From an uncultured Pseudomonadales bacterium (lineage in GTDB: Bacteria > Pseudomonadota > Gammaproteobacteria > Pseudomonadales > UBA7434), in assembly GCA_943788835.1 (NCBI GenBank), contig CALSRU010000004.1, positions 240,300 through 304,299 on the forward strand: a stretch of 64,000 nt of DNA. Reading direction: 5' to 3'. The translations under genes were made by a program, and so were the position numbers. The notes below the pieces were generated by a model that was not told the DNA's origin, made no database searches, and worked only from the letters and a program-made list of their open reading frames with translations. This document shows positions 10,967 through 20,676 of this stretch, one piece after another (position 1 is the stretch's first letter; every line of letters starts with the position of its first letter).

Positions 10967-13174
10967 ATGAAAAGTTTAGTCGTTAAATGTTACGTCGGTT
11001 TAGTTGTCGTATTGGTAGGCACAATCTCTAGCTGTCAATGGCCTCAGGGCGTTGAGCCAAAAGGGTCCGCTGAGCATATTCGTTACGCAACGGGCAAGGT
11101 CGATGACAGAGCATTGCAAAATATTGACGCGAACGATGGTGATTGGCTAACGCATGGAGGCAATTATGCTGAAGATCGCTACAGCGAGCTGGAGTTAATT
11201 CATCGCGATAACCTCCAGGATCTAAGCTTGGCCTGGACAATCAATGTGGGTAGCAAGCGAGGCTTGCAGTCGACGCCTTTAGTCGTTGACGGCATTATGT
11301 TTTTCACCGGCCCTTGGTCAATTGTGTACGCTGTCGATGTGCGCAGTGGCCAGCGTTTGTGGACTTACGACCCGCAGGTGCCTAGTAAAAAAGCGGCGCA
11401 ACTGTGTTGCGGCATTAATAACCGGGGGCTGGCGCTGTACCGTGGCTCGGTTTTTGTTGGCACGCTCGACGGGCGGCTGATTTCGATTGACGCGGCCAGT
11501 GGAGAGCCAAATTGGCAAGTTCAAACCGTACCCGAAGACACCTTTTATTCAATTACTGGCGCTCCTAGAATTGCTAATGGGCTCGTAATTATTGGTAACG
11601 GCGGGGCTGATATGAAGGCACGCGGTTATGTGACAGCCTATGATGCTAGCAGTGGTGCACAACGATGGCGTTTTTATACGGTACCAGGTGATCCAGCTTT
11701 GCCGTTTGAACATGACGACCTTAAAGATGCCGTCAAAACATGGAGCGGCGAGTGGTGGAAGCAAAGCGGTGGGGGCACCGTATGGGATGCCATCACTTAT
11801 GACCCAGAGCTGAATCTTGTTTATATCGGTGTAGGCAATGGTTCGCACTGGAATCGCATGATCCGTAGCCCAGATGGTGGTGACAATCTTTATCTTTCAA
11901 GTATTGTTGCGCTCGACGCGAGTGACGGCAGTTATGTTTGGCATTATCAAACGACACCGGGTGATACCTGGGACTACACCGCTACGCAGCATATTATTCA
12001 GGCTGATATTGAAATAGACGGCAGGATGCGCAAGGTGTTAATGCAGGCACCCAAAAATGGATTTTTTTACGTTATCGATCGTACCAGTGGTGAATTTATT
12101 TCCGCCAAGCCCTTCGTCTATACCAATTGGGCCAGTGCAATTGACGCACAGGGTCGTCCTGTAGAAAATGAGGGCGCTCGTTACGAAGATGGTAAGCTTC
12201 ATTGGATCTCGCCGAGCAGCCATGGAGGCCACAATTGGCCACCCATGGCCTTTAATCGTAAAACAGGTTTGGTTTATATTCCTACTTCTAATCAAAGTGA
12301 GCCTTACATGTATGACCCCGCTGTAGGCTATGATTCGGCGCGTGGTTTTATGGGCGCAGGGGGAGCTAACACGTCACTAAGCGCGCGCTTATATGCCGAT
12401 AGCGTGTACGACCCGAATCCGCGCGCGCCCGCTCCTTGGACGGTCTCGGGGCGTTTGATTGCCTATGACCCTGTTCAGCAGCGTGAAGTGTGGGGTGTTG
12501 ACCAAGTCTTGCATTACAACGGTGGACTTTTAACTACGGCTAATGGGCTGTTATTGCAAGGCGATGCGCAGGGGATATTTTCAATTCGCGATGCAGCGAA
12601 TGGCGAGGTCCTTTGGCAATACGACGTGCGCTCTGGTGTGGTGGCCCCACCCATTACCTACATGGTGGATGGCGAGCAATACATTAGCGTATTGGTAGGT
12701 TGGGGCGGTATACAAGGTCAGGTTTTTCAGGCAGTACCGCGTTTGCATCCAGGCACCCTCTATACGTTTAAATTAGGTGGCGATGCACCGCCACCTGCGA
12801 AGTTACCACCGCTTGCAAAACCGCTGACTGAGCTTACTACTGATGCCAGCGAGCTAACTATTGGCCGCGGCTACAACCGCTATGCTGAAAATTGCATGAG
12901 CTGTCATGGCACTCCAGGCACGGGTAACGGCACCATACCCGATCTGACTCGGTCAAATGTTGGGGTTTATCAACTGCTGCAGCAAATTGTGTTGCAAGGC
13001 CTGTTCGAAAGCCAAGGCATGCCTAATTTTGCCGGTCAAATTACGCCGCAAGATGTCGAGGACATTAGAGCCTTTTTACTTTTCACAGCGCAGTCGCTGC
13101 GAGGGGGTATGACGCTAGAAAGCTATCTGGGTAAAGTTGCCGTCATGCAAAAACTGGCTGATGAGAATCAATAA
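10967..13174 (+). CDS. Quinohemoprotein (PQQ + heme c) alcohol dehydrogenase
   Basis: 735 aa. N-terminal signal sequence, W-rich PQQ beta-propeller repeats, and a C-terminal cytochrome c domain with the CMSCH heme-binding site. Confidence 0.85.
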   Translation: MKSLVVKCYVGLVVVLVGTISSCQWPQGVEPKGSAEHIRYATGKVDDRALQNIDANDGDWLTHGGNYAEDRYSELELIHRDNLQDLSLAWTINVGSKRGLQSTPLVVDGIMFFTGPWSIVYAVDVRSGQRLWTYDPQVPSKKAAQLCCGINNRGLALYRGSVFVGTLDGRLISIDAASGEPNWQVQTVPEDTFYSITGAPRIANGLVIIGNGGADMKARGYVTAYDASSGAQRWRFYTVPGDPALPFEHDDLKDAVKTWSGEWWKQSGGGTVWDAITYDPELNLVYIGVGNGSHWNRMIRSPDGGDNLYLSSIVALDASDGSYVWHYQTTPGDTWDYTATQHIIQADIEIDGRMRKVLMQAPKNGFFYVIDRTSGEFISAKPFVYTNWASAIDAQGRPVENEGARYEDGKLHWISPSSHGGHNWPPMAFNRKTGLVYIPTSNQSEPYMYDPAVGYDSARGFMGAGGANTSLSARLYADSVYDPNPRAPAPWTVSGRLIAYDPVQQREVWGVDQVLHYNGGLLTTANGLLLQGDAQGIFSIRDAANGEVLWQYDVRSGVVAPPITYMVDGEQYISVLVGWGGIQGQVFQAVPRLHPGTLYTFKLGGDAPPPAKLPPLAKPLTELTTDASELTIGRGYNRYAENCMSCHGTPGTGNGTIPDLTRSNVGVYQLLQQIVLQGLFESQGMPNFAGQITPQDVEDIRAFLLFTAQSLRGGMTLESYLGKVAVMQKLADENQ

Positions 13175-13291
13175 AATTGCTTGTCTTGATCTTTTGAGTG
13201 CTCAGTGGTGTGCCTGCACGTTTTCATGGGCTTCCGGTCGCCATTTTGGCGCGAGTATAAAGCCAGCATTGCGTGAATTAATGGCAACTCC

Positions 13292-14578
13292 CTACGTGCA
13301 ACGCTCAACGACTTCTTGCATGGCATGTGTAATGGCATCGAGCTGCTTAGCGTCAATAATAAATGGCGGCATGGTATAAACCAAACGGCCAAATGGGCGT
13401 AACCATACACCGAGTTCGGGTAAGATTTTTTGCACTTTTTGCATGTCAACGGGTGTATGCGTTTCCATGACCCCAATAGCACCGAGCACCCGAACGTCAT
13501 GAATTTTTTCATGGTTTTTTAAGGGCAGTAGATTTTCGCCTAGCTTTTTTTCGATTGAGGTAAGCCTTTGCTGCCAATTACTTTGCAATAAAAGGTCTAT
13601 GCTGGTTGAGGCTATTTTGCAGGCTAGTGGGTTGCCCATGAAGGTGGGGCCATGCATAAATGCGCCAGGCTCTTTGCGGCCAATACCATCGGCGACTGCG
13701 TCAGTGGTGAGGGTGGCCGCTAGTGACAGGTAGCCTCCTGTCATAGCTTTACCCACACATAAAATGTCCGGTGCTATATCGGCGTGCTCACAAGCAAATA
13801 ATTTACCGGTTCGCCCAAACCCCGTGGCAATTTCATCGGCAATCAAAAGAATCCCGTAGTGATCGCATAGTGAGCGAGCGGCTTGGAGATATTCGGCCGC
13901 ATAAAAGTACATGCCACCGGCCCCTTGAACAATCGGTTCAAGAATAACCGCTGCAATGGTTTCGTGTTCGGAAGCTAACAGTTGTTCGAGGGGAAGGATG
14001 TGTTGCGGTTTGCATGATGAGCCAAATACACAAGCAGGGCGCTCAATAAAGTGCTGTTGGGCGAGCGTGTCGCTAAATAAATGATGCATGCCGGTAGTGG
14101 GATCGCACACCGACATCGCTCCGAGCGTATCGCCATGGTAGCCACCTTGCAGGGCAGCAAATTTAGTCTTTTTGGGTTGCTCTAAAGCCTGCCAGTATTG
14201 CAACGCCATTTTCATAGCAACGTCAACGGCCACTGAACCTGAGTCACAAAGAAAAACTTTGTCCAGTCCTGCCGGCGTTATTTCGACTAAAGTTTTGCAC
14301 AAGTCGACAGCGGGTTGATGAGTGAGGCCGCCAAACATCACATGTGAGAGCTGGTCAATTTGCTCTTTGGCTGCCGCGTTGATAGTAGGGTGATTGTAGC
14401 CGTGTATGACTGACCACCATGACGACATGGCATCAATGAGTTGACGGCCGTCATCAAGTTCCAGTGTGACGCCTTGAGCCGTGCGCACTGCCAAGGGGGA
14501 TATAGGATGGCTTAGAGGGCTGTAGGGGTGCCAAATATGGTTCGCATCAAATGAAAGATCGCTAGGGTTCATAGTCAA
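13292..14578 (-). CDS. bioA: Adenosylmethionine-8-amino-7-oxononanoate aminotransferase
   Basis: 428 aa. Class-III aminotransferase with BioA-like N-terminus (IWHPYS), DEIATGFGRTG and PLP-lysine region VGKAMTGGY. Confidence 0.9.
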   Translation of the reverse strand: MTMNPSDLSFDANHIWHPYSPLSHPISPLAVRTAQGVTLELDDGRQLIDAMSSWWSVIHGYNHPTINAAAKEQIDQLSHVMFGGLTHQPAVDLCKTLVEITPAGLDKVFLCDSGSVAVDVAMKMALQYWQALEQPKKTKFAALQGGYHGDTLGAMSVCDPTTGMHHLFSDTLAQQHFIERPACVFGSSCKPQHILPLEQLLASEHETIAAVILEPIVQGAGGMYFYAAEYLQAARSLCDHYGILLIADEIATGFGRTGKLFACEHADIAPDILCVGKAMTGGYLSLAATLTTDAVADGIGRKEPGAFMHGPTFMGNPLACKIASTSIDLLLQSNWQQRLTSIEKKLGENLLPLKNHEKIHDVRVLGAIGVMETHTPVDMQKVQKILPELGVWLRPFGRLVYTMPPFIIDAKQLDAITHAMQEVVERCT

Positions 14579-14624
14579 TGGCTACTTAAATCGTAAAGAA
14601 CAAACGCTGGGTGAGCGTGTTTTG

Positions 14625-15341
14625 TTAAAGTGGCAGCAGCGCCCTTAGCGCCGGTTTAATATTATTTAGAATCAATGCCTGTGCTTCGCTACTGGGATGG
14701 AGACCATCACTTTGCATTAATTTTGCTTCGGTCGCTATGCCATCAAGTAAAAAAGGCACCAACGCACTGTCGTATTGGCTCGACAAGCGGGCATAAATTT
14801 CGAAAAATCCTTGAGTGTAACGTGGTCCGTAATTAGGCGGAATGCGCATGCCGGCAAGCAACGTTTTAGCGCCATGTTCTTGGCTCAGTTTGATCATACT
14901 TTCGAGATTGTTGCTAATGACTTTTAGCGATGTGCCGCGCAGCCCATCATTACCCCCTAGTGCAATAACTACAAGCTCTGGCTGCCAGCGTGCCAAGGCG
15001 GCAGGCAGGCGCTGTAGGCCGCCTGAAGTGGTCTCACCGCTGATGCTGACATTGACTACGCTCACAGGTATTGACTGATCTAGCAGCCAAGCTTCAAGTA
15101 ATGTGACCCATCCCAAGGCAGGATCAAAACCATAGCTGGCACTGAGGCTATCGCCTAGCACCAAAAGCGTGGGGATCGATGCGGGCGCTTGTTGCTGTTC
15201 ACCTGATGTTGAAGGCTCGCCTATGGCTGTGTTGCTCACTATCAATAGTAAGCAGGAGCAACACAGTGAACTGAGGCTTCGCCCAAGTCGTGACCACGAC
15301 GGGCGATTTCGATTTTTTTGGTCAGGTCTACGTTGCTGCAT
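14625..15341 (-). CDS. tesA: SGNH/GDSL arylesterase-thioesterase (TesA-like), secreted
   Basis: GDSL block LVLGDSLSASYG, GGNDG block and C-terminal DGLHP. Divergent from ybbA-ybbP, as in E. coli. The start is set at the internal ATG (15341), which gives a signal peptide; the longest ORF extends to 15395. Confidence 0.8.
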   Translation of the reverse strand: MQQRRPDQKNRNRPSWSRLGRSLSSLCCSCLLLIVSNTAIGEPSTSGEQQQAPASIPTLLVLGDSLSASYGFDPALGWVTLLEAWLLDQSIPVSVVNVSISGETTSGGLQRLPAALARWQPELVVIALGGNDGLRGTSLKVISNNLESMIKLSQEHGAKTLLAGMRIPPNYGPRYTQGFFEIYARLSSQYDSALVPFLLDGIATEAKLMQSDGLHPSSEAQALILNNIKPALRALLPL

Positions 15342-15664
15342 AAGTTTTCGTGTCAGGCTTGGTTGACGGGCGCTCGTTAGTTTGAAATTCGCCAAACTGC
15401 ATTATTTTGCTTTGCCAAAGCTTAAGGCCTTTATTTTCGCATAATTACCTGCTCGGAGGTATTTTTTGCGAGCGTCACTCATGCAACTGGCACAAAGGTG
15501 GTAAGTTGTAGCATTTAATAATATTCTCTCAAAGGTATACGCACTTTGGGCACGATAAGATGTGCATCGGGTAGCGAGATACCCATGCAGTACTTTCAGC
15601 CTTCAAACCCTTGACGATAATCGGCCGCACACGAAGCGCGCCACCGCATTGATAAGTAGCTCCT

Positions 15665-16345
15665 ATGACAACAGCAAAGACGTTGGCGCTCTCGGCGCAC
15701 AATTTAACTAGAGCGCTGCAACTTGGCGAGCAGCGGATAGAGATATTTAGTGCAATCGACTTTGCTGTGGCGACTGGACAATCGTGTGCAATTTTGGGTG
15801 CCTCCGGTTCAGGTAAAACCACATTGTTAGGTGTGCTTGCTGGTATGGATCCTCCCGACACGGGTGTGGTAGATGTTACGTGGGGTGGTGAAACATTCAA
15901 TATTTATGACCATAACGAAGATTGGAGAGCGGCATTGCGCGGAAAGATGATGGGCTTTGTTTTCCAAAATTTCCAGCTGATTCCGGATATGACAGCGCTT
16001 GATAATGTATTGCTGCCCTTACAGTTACTCAACAATGGTGATGAAACGCTAGCCAAACAATGGTTGCATAAAGTGGGGCTTGGTGAGCGCCTCAATCATT
16101 ACCCGCGACAATTATCGGGTGGCGAGCAGCAGCGTGTAGCGCTGGCTAGGGCCTTCGCGCATGAACCGGCCCTGTTATTGGCCGATGAGCCTACGGGTAG
16201 TCTCGACGCAAAAACGGCGGGCATGATTATGGACCTGCTCTTTGACTTACATCGTTCTACCCAATCAACCATGGTTTTAGTTACCCATGATCGGCAGTTG
16301 GCAGCGCGCTGCGACACAGTCTTTGAGCTGTCCACTAACGAGTAG
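15665..16345 (+). CDS. ybbA: ABC transporter ATP-binding protein (YbbA-like)
   Basis: Walker A GASGSGKTT, signature LSGGEQQRV, Walker B LLLADEPT. Confidence 0.85.
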   Translation: MTTAKTLALSAHNLTRALQLGEQRIEIFSAIDFAVATGQSCAILGASGSGKTTLLGVLAGMDPPDTGVVDVTWGGETFNIYDHNEDWRAALRGKMMGFVFQNFQLIPDMTALDNVLLPLQLLNNGDETLAKQWLHKVGLGERLNHYPRQLSGGEQQRVALARAFAHEPALLLADEPTGSLDAKTAGMIMDLLFDLHRSTQSTMVLVTHDRQLAARCDTVFELSTNE

Positions 16346-16350
16346 TTTGT

Positions 16351-18891
16351 ATGTCAGTAACCACGTTGAGTCAGGCTCCTAGTATCGCGGCGGTAGCGCG
16401 CTTTGCGTGGCGCTTATTGCGGCGTAAGCCCAGTGCCGAGCTGTGGCTTTTTTTGTGTTGCCAAGTTTTTGCGGTAACCATTGTTTGCGGCATCTTGCTA
16501 TTCACGCAACGTATTGAGTGGGCCATATACTCTGAAAATGCCAAACTTATGGCAGCTGATTTGTTGGTTGAATCATCGCGCGCAATCGATCCCAAACCGT
16601 TAGCTCAATGGCAGCAATACGCTACTGAGCAAGAGCTACAAGCAGCTAGCAGCGTAAGTTTGTCATCGATGCTTTACTTTGAAGGGGCATTGCAGTTAAC
16701 CGAAGTGCGAGCGGTGAGTCAGGCATATCCACTGCGTGGCCAATTGACCATTGCGCCAGATTTGAGCGCGCAGCCTACAGTTGCTACCGCCATGCCTGGG
16801 GTTGGTGAAGTTTGGCTCGATGCTCGAACAGCGCGCGGGCTAGATGCTACACCAGGCGACTCTGTTGAGCTGGGTAGTGTCCGTTTAAAGTTCGTGCAGG
16901 TCCTTCATGACGAGCCTGGCTTGGTTTTACCTAGCTTAGGTTTGTCAGGGAGAGCGCTCATGAATGAAAATGATTTGAGCGCAACCGGTTTGCTAAGTGC
17001 TGGAAGTAGGGCAACGTACACGTGGTTGCTGGCCGGCGAGCGCGGTCGCATAGATGATATGTTGCAATGGCTAACGCCCCAGTTGGGTCCGCATCAACGT
17101 GTTTTTTCTAGTCAGCAAGGTAGTCAGCGCACGACTCGAACGATTGAGCGTGCTAAAAGTTTTTTGAATCTTGGTGGCGCTACAGCACTTTTACTAGCGC
17201 TAGTTGCAACATTAGTCACGGCTTACAAATATCTTGAGCGTGAACAGCATTCGGTGGCCATTTGGAAGGCAGCAGGCTTCAGTAGCTCTTTGCTTAGTCG
17301 AAGTTATTTGCTGCAGTTTGCAGCTTGGTGGTTAGGTGCCTCAGTGCTTGGCTGTGCCGCTGGATTCACCTTGCAAGCGGCTGGATTTTATGTCATTCGC
17401 GACTGGGTCGACGTGTCAGTAGGGTATTCATCGCAACCCTTTATACTGGCTGTACTAACGGCATTATTTTGCTTGGTGTGCTTCGCTTTGCCAGTGGTGC
17501 AGGGTTTGTCTAAGGTTTCGCCCATGCGCTTGTTGCGCAGTGGTACAGGGCTTAAAGGCGCTACTTATACGCTGGGGTGGTTGCTACCTGCTTTTACTTT
17601 ATTGTTGCATTCCTTCAGCGAAAATTGGCAGGCCACTCTTGCCGTGGTCGGGAGCTTATTATTACTGGTGATATTTTGTTGGCTGTTAGTTGCTTTGTTA
17701 GTGATGGGTTTACAGAGATTTTTAGCGTTAGCGCAGACAAAAATTATGGCGTTCATGCCGGTTGTTTATTTGGGTCTTCGCGCCTTTAGTCGACAGCGTC
17801 GCCCCAGTCAAATTCGCACCACCGCTCTGGCTATGACGCTCTCTCTTTTAGTCGTGGTTGTCAGTTTGCGCAGTGAGCTTCTTGCTGGTTGGCAGGCGCA
17901 AATTCCCGAGGCGGCGCCTAACTATTTTGCGCTGAACATCGCTGAGTCGGAACGCGATCGTTGGAGTAAATATGGCGATGAGGAGGGTATTTCAAGTCAA
18001 GGGTTGTTTCCCGTCGCGCGGGCGAGATTAGTAGCGATTAATGGTCAATCCACTGCCGTGCGTGCGGCAAATAACCCGGGTGCACAGCGAGCCTTAAGCC
18101 GTGAAATGGTAATGACCGAGGCAGCAAGACTGCCGCTCGGTAATAAAGTCGTGCTCGGCCAGTGGCATGGTAATGATCAACAAGCGAGTGTCTCAGTCGA
18201 GCAGTCTATTGCTCAACAGTTAGATATTGAGCTTGGCGATACACTGCAATTTAGTTTCGCTAATCAGTCTTTAGATGTTGAGATAAGCAGTATTCGCAGC
18301 TTGAATTGGAATAGCATGCAGCCCAATTTCTATTTTATTTTGTCCCCACCTTTATTAAAGGCTTACCCCTATACCTATATGACAAGCTTCTTGGCCTTGC
18401 CGGAGCAGGTAAATGCGCTGTATGAGCTGGGTAGTCAATTTCCTGCTGTGGCATTGATTGATGTGGGTGACTTGATGGCACAAGTTAAAAGCGTACTCGA
18501 CCGTGTGGGACTGGCCGTGCAGGCTTTAGCGGTGGTGACGGTTTTTGCGGCGCTGTTAGTTTTGGTGGCAAGCTTAAGAGCTTCACTCGATGACCGTTTA
18601 CATGAGCAAAGTATTCTGCGGGCGCTGGGTGGTCAGGCTGCCACCTTGAAGCGAATTGCGATGGTTGAACTTGGTTTTTCAGGCTTGGTTGCCGGATTAG
18701 TGGGCTGTGGCAGTGGGGCATTGTTCGTCTTTTTATTAGGGCGGCAAGTCTTTGAGCTGCCTATGGCGTTAAGCTTGGATACAGCGGTTTGGGTGCTGAT
18801 GATAAGCGTAGCAGCGGTGATTGCAGTAGGGCTGGCCATTTTGAATCAAGTTTACGCGGTCAGCCCGCTGGTTATCTGGCGTAAAAGCTGA
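16351..18891 (+). CDS. ybbP: FtsX-family ABC transporter permease (YbbP-like)
   Basis: 846 aa. Multiple TM segments in two FtsX-type modules. The start lies 6 nt after the ATPase gene. Confidence 0.8.
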   Translation: MSVTTLSQAPSIAAVARFAWRLLRRKPSAELWLFLCCQVFAVTIVCGILLFTQRIEWAIYSENAKLMAADLLVESSRAIDPKPLAQWQQYATEQELQAASSVSLSSMLYFEGALQLTEVRAVSQAYPLRGQLTIAPDLSAQPTVATAMPGVGEVWLDARTARGLDATPGDSVELGSVRLKFVQVLHDEPGLVLPSLGLSGRALMNENDLSATGLLSAGSRATYTWLLAGERGRIDDMLQWLTPQLGPHQRVFSSQQGSQRTTRTIERAKSFLNLGGATALLLALVATLVTAYKYLEREQHSVAIWKAAGFSSSLLSRSYLLQFAAWWLGASVLGCAAGFTLQAAGFYVIRDWVDVSVGYSSQPFILAVLTALFCLVCFALPVVQGLSKVSPMRLLRSGTGLKGATYTLGWLLPAFTLLLHSFSENWQATLAVVGSLLLLVIFCWLLVALLVMGLQRFLALAQTKIMAFMPVVYLGLRAFSRQRRPSQIRTTALAMTLSLLVVVVSLRSELLAGWQAQIPEAAPNYFALNIAESERDRWSKYGDEEGISSQGLFPVARARLVAINGQSTAVRAANNPGAQRALSREMVMTEAARLPLGNKVVLGQWHGNDQQASVSVEQSIAQQLDIELGDTLQFSFANQSLDVEISSIRSLNWNSMQPNFYFILSPPLLKAYPYTYMTSFLALPEQVNALYELGSQFPAVALIDVGDLMAQVKSVLDRVGLAVQALAVVTVFAALLVLVASLRASLDDRLHEQSILRALGGQAATLKRIAMVELGFSGLVAGLVGCGSGALFVFLLGRQVFELPMALSLDTAVWVLMISVAAVIAVGLAILNQVYAVSPLVIWRKS

Positions 18892-19072
18892 CTAATATTA
18901 GCGGTTGATGGCGTGTCTTTGGCTTCAGTGCCGCGGCGGCTAGGCAATCGAGTCAGGCTGGATTCTATATTTTCCTACTGTCATACTCGGTCGGTAGAGA
19001 AAATCCAAAGCGGGCTGTGTTAACGACCGATACGACGTAAACTCTGTGATTAGGCATAAGGGCTGAATATTG

Positions 19073-19438
19073 ATGCAATCGATGAATAGAAAGGTATTTT
19101 CGCTTAAGCATGTCGGAGAAGATGAGGCCCATGACGTGCGCGAGTTACTCTCTGATCATGATATTGAATTTTATGAGACGCAAGAGAATATTTGGCAAAC
19201 GGCCAACCCTGCTATTTGGTTGCATGATGCGCGTGAGTATAGCAAAGCTCGCACCTTGATTGATCATTACCAACAGCAGAGAGTTCAGCAAATGCGAGAG
19301 AGTAATCCCGTAACTAAGCACTCTTTTCTCTCTGGGCTTGTGGATGATTTTAAGCGTCAGCCATTACGTTTTAGTGTTTTTTTCCTAGGTGTGAGTGGCA
19401 TATTGGTTTTAAGCATCAAACCTTTTTTAATCAGTTAG
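19073..19438 (+). CDS. Hypothetical small protein with C-terminal TM helix
   Basis: 122-aa ORF in an otherwise empty interval. Soluble N-domain plus hydrophobic tail FSVFFLGVSGILVLSI. No function recognised. Confidence 0.45.
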   Translation: MQSMNRKVFSLKHVGEDEAHDVRELLSDHDIEFYETQENIWQTANPAIWLHDAREYSKARTLIDHYQQQRVQQMRESNPVTKHSFLSGLVDDFKRQPLRFSVFFLGVSGILVLSIKPFLIS

Positions 19439-19470
19439 AAAGATTTTTTATCAGGTATTGCGAGGCTCTC

Positions 19471-19890
19471 GTGACGCACTGGGTAGTTGTAGTGCGGTCT
19501 GGTTTTGTTATGCTAACCAATTGTGAATGGAATGCGAGTTACATGAATCGATACTATCTTGTGGTGATTGCCGATAATATTCGTCTTGAGCGTGGTACCG
19601 ATATTCCCATTGCTGGATTTGTGGCACCACGTTGCATAAAAGCGCGGGATGAACAAAGTGCGAAGCAGCTCGTAAAAATACAACTTTTAAAAGATTGGAA
19701 AAATAATTTTAATCGAGACAATAAAGCAGGCACGCCTAGGTTGGTGGTTGAATATATTAATCGCATTACCAATCCCTTTAAACGTTTGCGGCACCCAGGT
19801 GAGTTTTTCTTTTTTGGTGTGGATGAAGAGCGTTTGGACAGTATTTCCCGGGCTCGCAGTGCGTTTAATCGCTGGTTTCGAATACGCTAG
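19471..19890 (+). CDS. Hypothetical protein
   Basis: 139-aa ORF. The start is uncertain (an internal ATG at 19543 is possible). No recognisable motif. Confidence 0.4.
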   Translation: MTHWVVVVRSGFVMLTNCEWNASYMNRYYLVVIADNIRLERGTDIPIAGFVAPRCIKARDEQSAKQLVKIQLLKDWKNNFNRDNKAGTPRLVVEYINRITNPFKRLRHPGEFFFFGVDEERLDSISRARSAFNRWFRIR

Positions 19891-19951
19891 CGTATTTTTT
19901 AAGCTAGGCAGCAGGCGTAAAGATAATTAGTCTGGATATAATTGGCGTTGG

Positions 19952-20491
19952 TTAATCGCTTTTTACGCTCACCATTACATCGTCAGAAATATCTTCTAAA
20001 ATTGCTTCGAGCTCTTGAAGTGTTAGCTGTTCAGGCAAGGCAACTTTTATATTGGCTTGAAAGATATCGTAGCCGGCCATCGACGCACTCGAGCAGCTCG
20101 ATGTGAGCTTTTCAACATTAATATGATGTGTGGCCAGAGCACTGGCTATTTCATCAACGATGCCCTCGCGGTCGTTGGCTTCGACTGTGAGCCTTACAGT
20201 TTGATGCTCGCCAATAACGTTGTTGCCATTCGCCGCATCGCCGTGAATGGTTACGTGGATGTTCAGGCTGCCAATTGCAGCGAGTGCGGCTTCTACGCTG
20301 GTTTTTTGTGTGGCAGGCACACTAATGTGTACGATGCCCGCAAACTGCCCACACATCCGCGTCAAACTACTTTCAAGCCAGTTGCCACCATGCGCCAGCA
20401 CAATATCGGACAAGTTTTTAACGATGCCCGGGCGGTCCGGGGCGAACACAGTGAAAATAATTGTTTCGGTAGCCATAGCGTGCCTAAACAT
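19952..20491 (-). CDS. gcvR: Glycine cleavage system regulator GcvR-like (tandem ACT domains)
   Basis: 179 aa. The N-terminal segment FAPDRPGIVKNLSDIVLAHGGNWLES matches the GcvR ACT pattern. A second ACT-like half follows (VEANDREGIVDEIASAL). Confidence 0.7.
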   Translation of the reverse strand: MFRHAMATETIIFTVFAPDRPGIVKNLSDIVLAHGGNWLESSLTRMCGQFAGIVHISVPATQKTSVEAALAAIGSLNIHVTIHGDAANGNNVIGEHQTVRLTVEANDREGIVDEIASALATHHINVEKLTSSCSSASMAGYDIFQANIKVALPEQLTLQELEAILEDISDDVMVSVKSD

Positions 20492-20556
20492 AGTGTTGGT
20501 TAGCGGGAATACCCTACGATTATAAATGAATTAACTCGATTTGTACGGGCTTTACT

Positions 20557-20604
20557 GGTCTATGTAGAAGGCTATGTAAAAGGCTATGTAAAAGGCTATG
20601 TTAT
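20557..20604. repeat. Four tandem copies of a 12-bp unit (AGGCTATGTAAA)
   Basis: Read directly: ggtctatgtaga / aggctatgtaaa / aggctatgtaaa / aggctatgttat. The repeat is intergenic, 66-113 nt upstream of the gcvR-like start. Confidence 0.85.
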
Positions 20605-20676
20605 CTGACTTTATGTAATATCGGCCACGCAGTTTAAAGCGAGTCGTGTCTGAAAAATAAATACAGGTTTGGTGGT

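Noticed and set aside
13168-13512. A 114-aa minus-strand ORF and an 80-aa plus-strand ORF at the convergent junction of the PQQ-ADH gene and bioA.
   Set aside because: They overlap the 3' end of bioA in another frame and show no motifs or RBS. They are likely spurious.
20057-20525. Plus-strand ORFs of 148 aa and 92 aa opposite the gcvR-like gene.
   Set aside because: They are fully nested antisense to an ORF with clear ACT-domain similarity. They show no motifs.
20557-20604. Considered whether the short tandem repeats (here, at 37551..37647 and at 57578..57655) could be a CRISPR array.
   Set aside because: The units are 12-15 bp and directly abutting with no spacers. No cas genes are present, and one repeat is clearly coding. 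They are simple tandem repeats.
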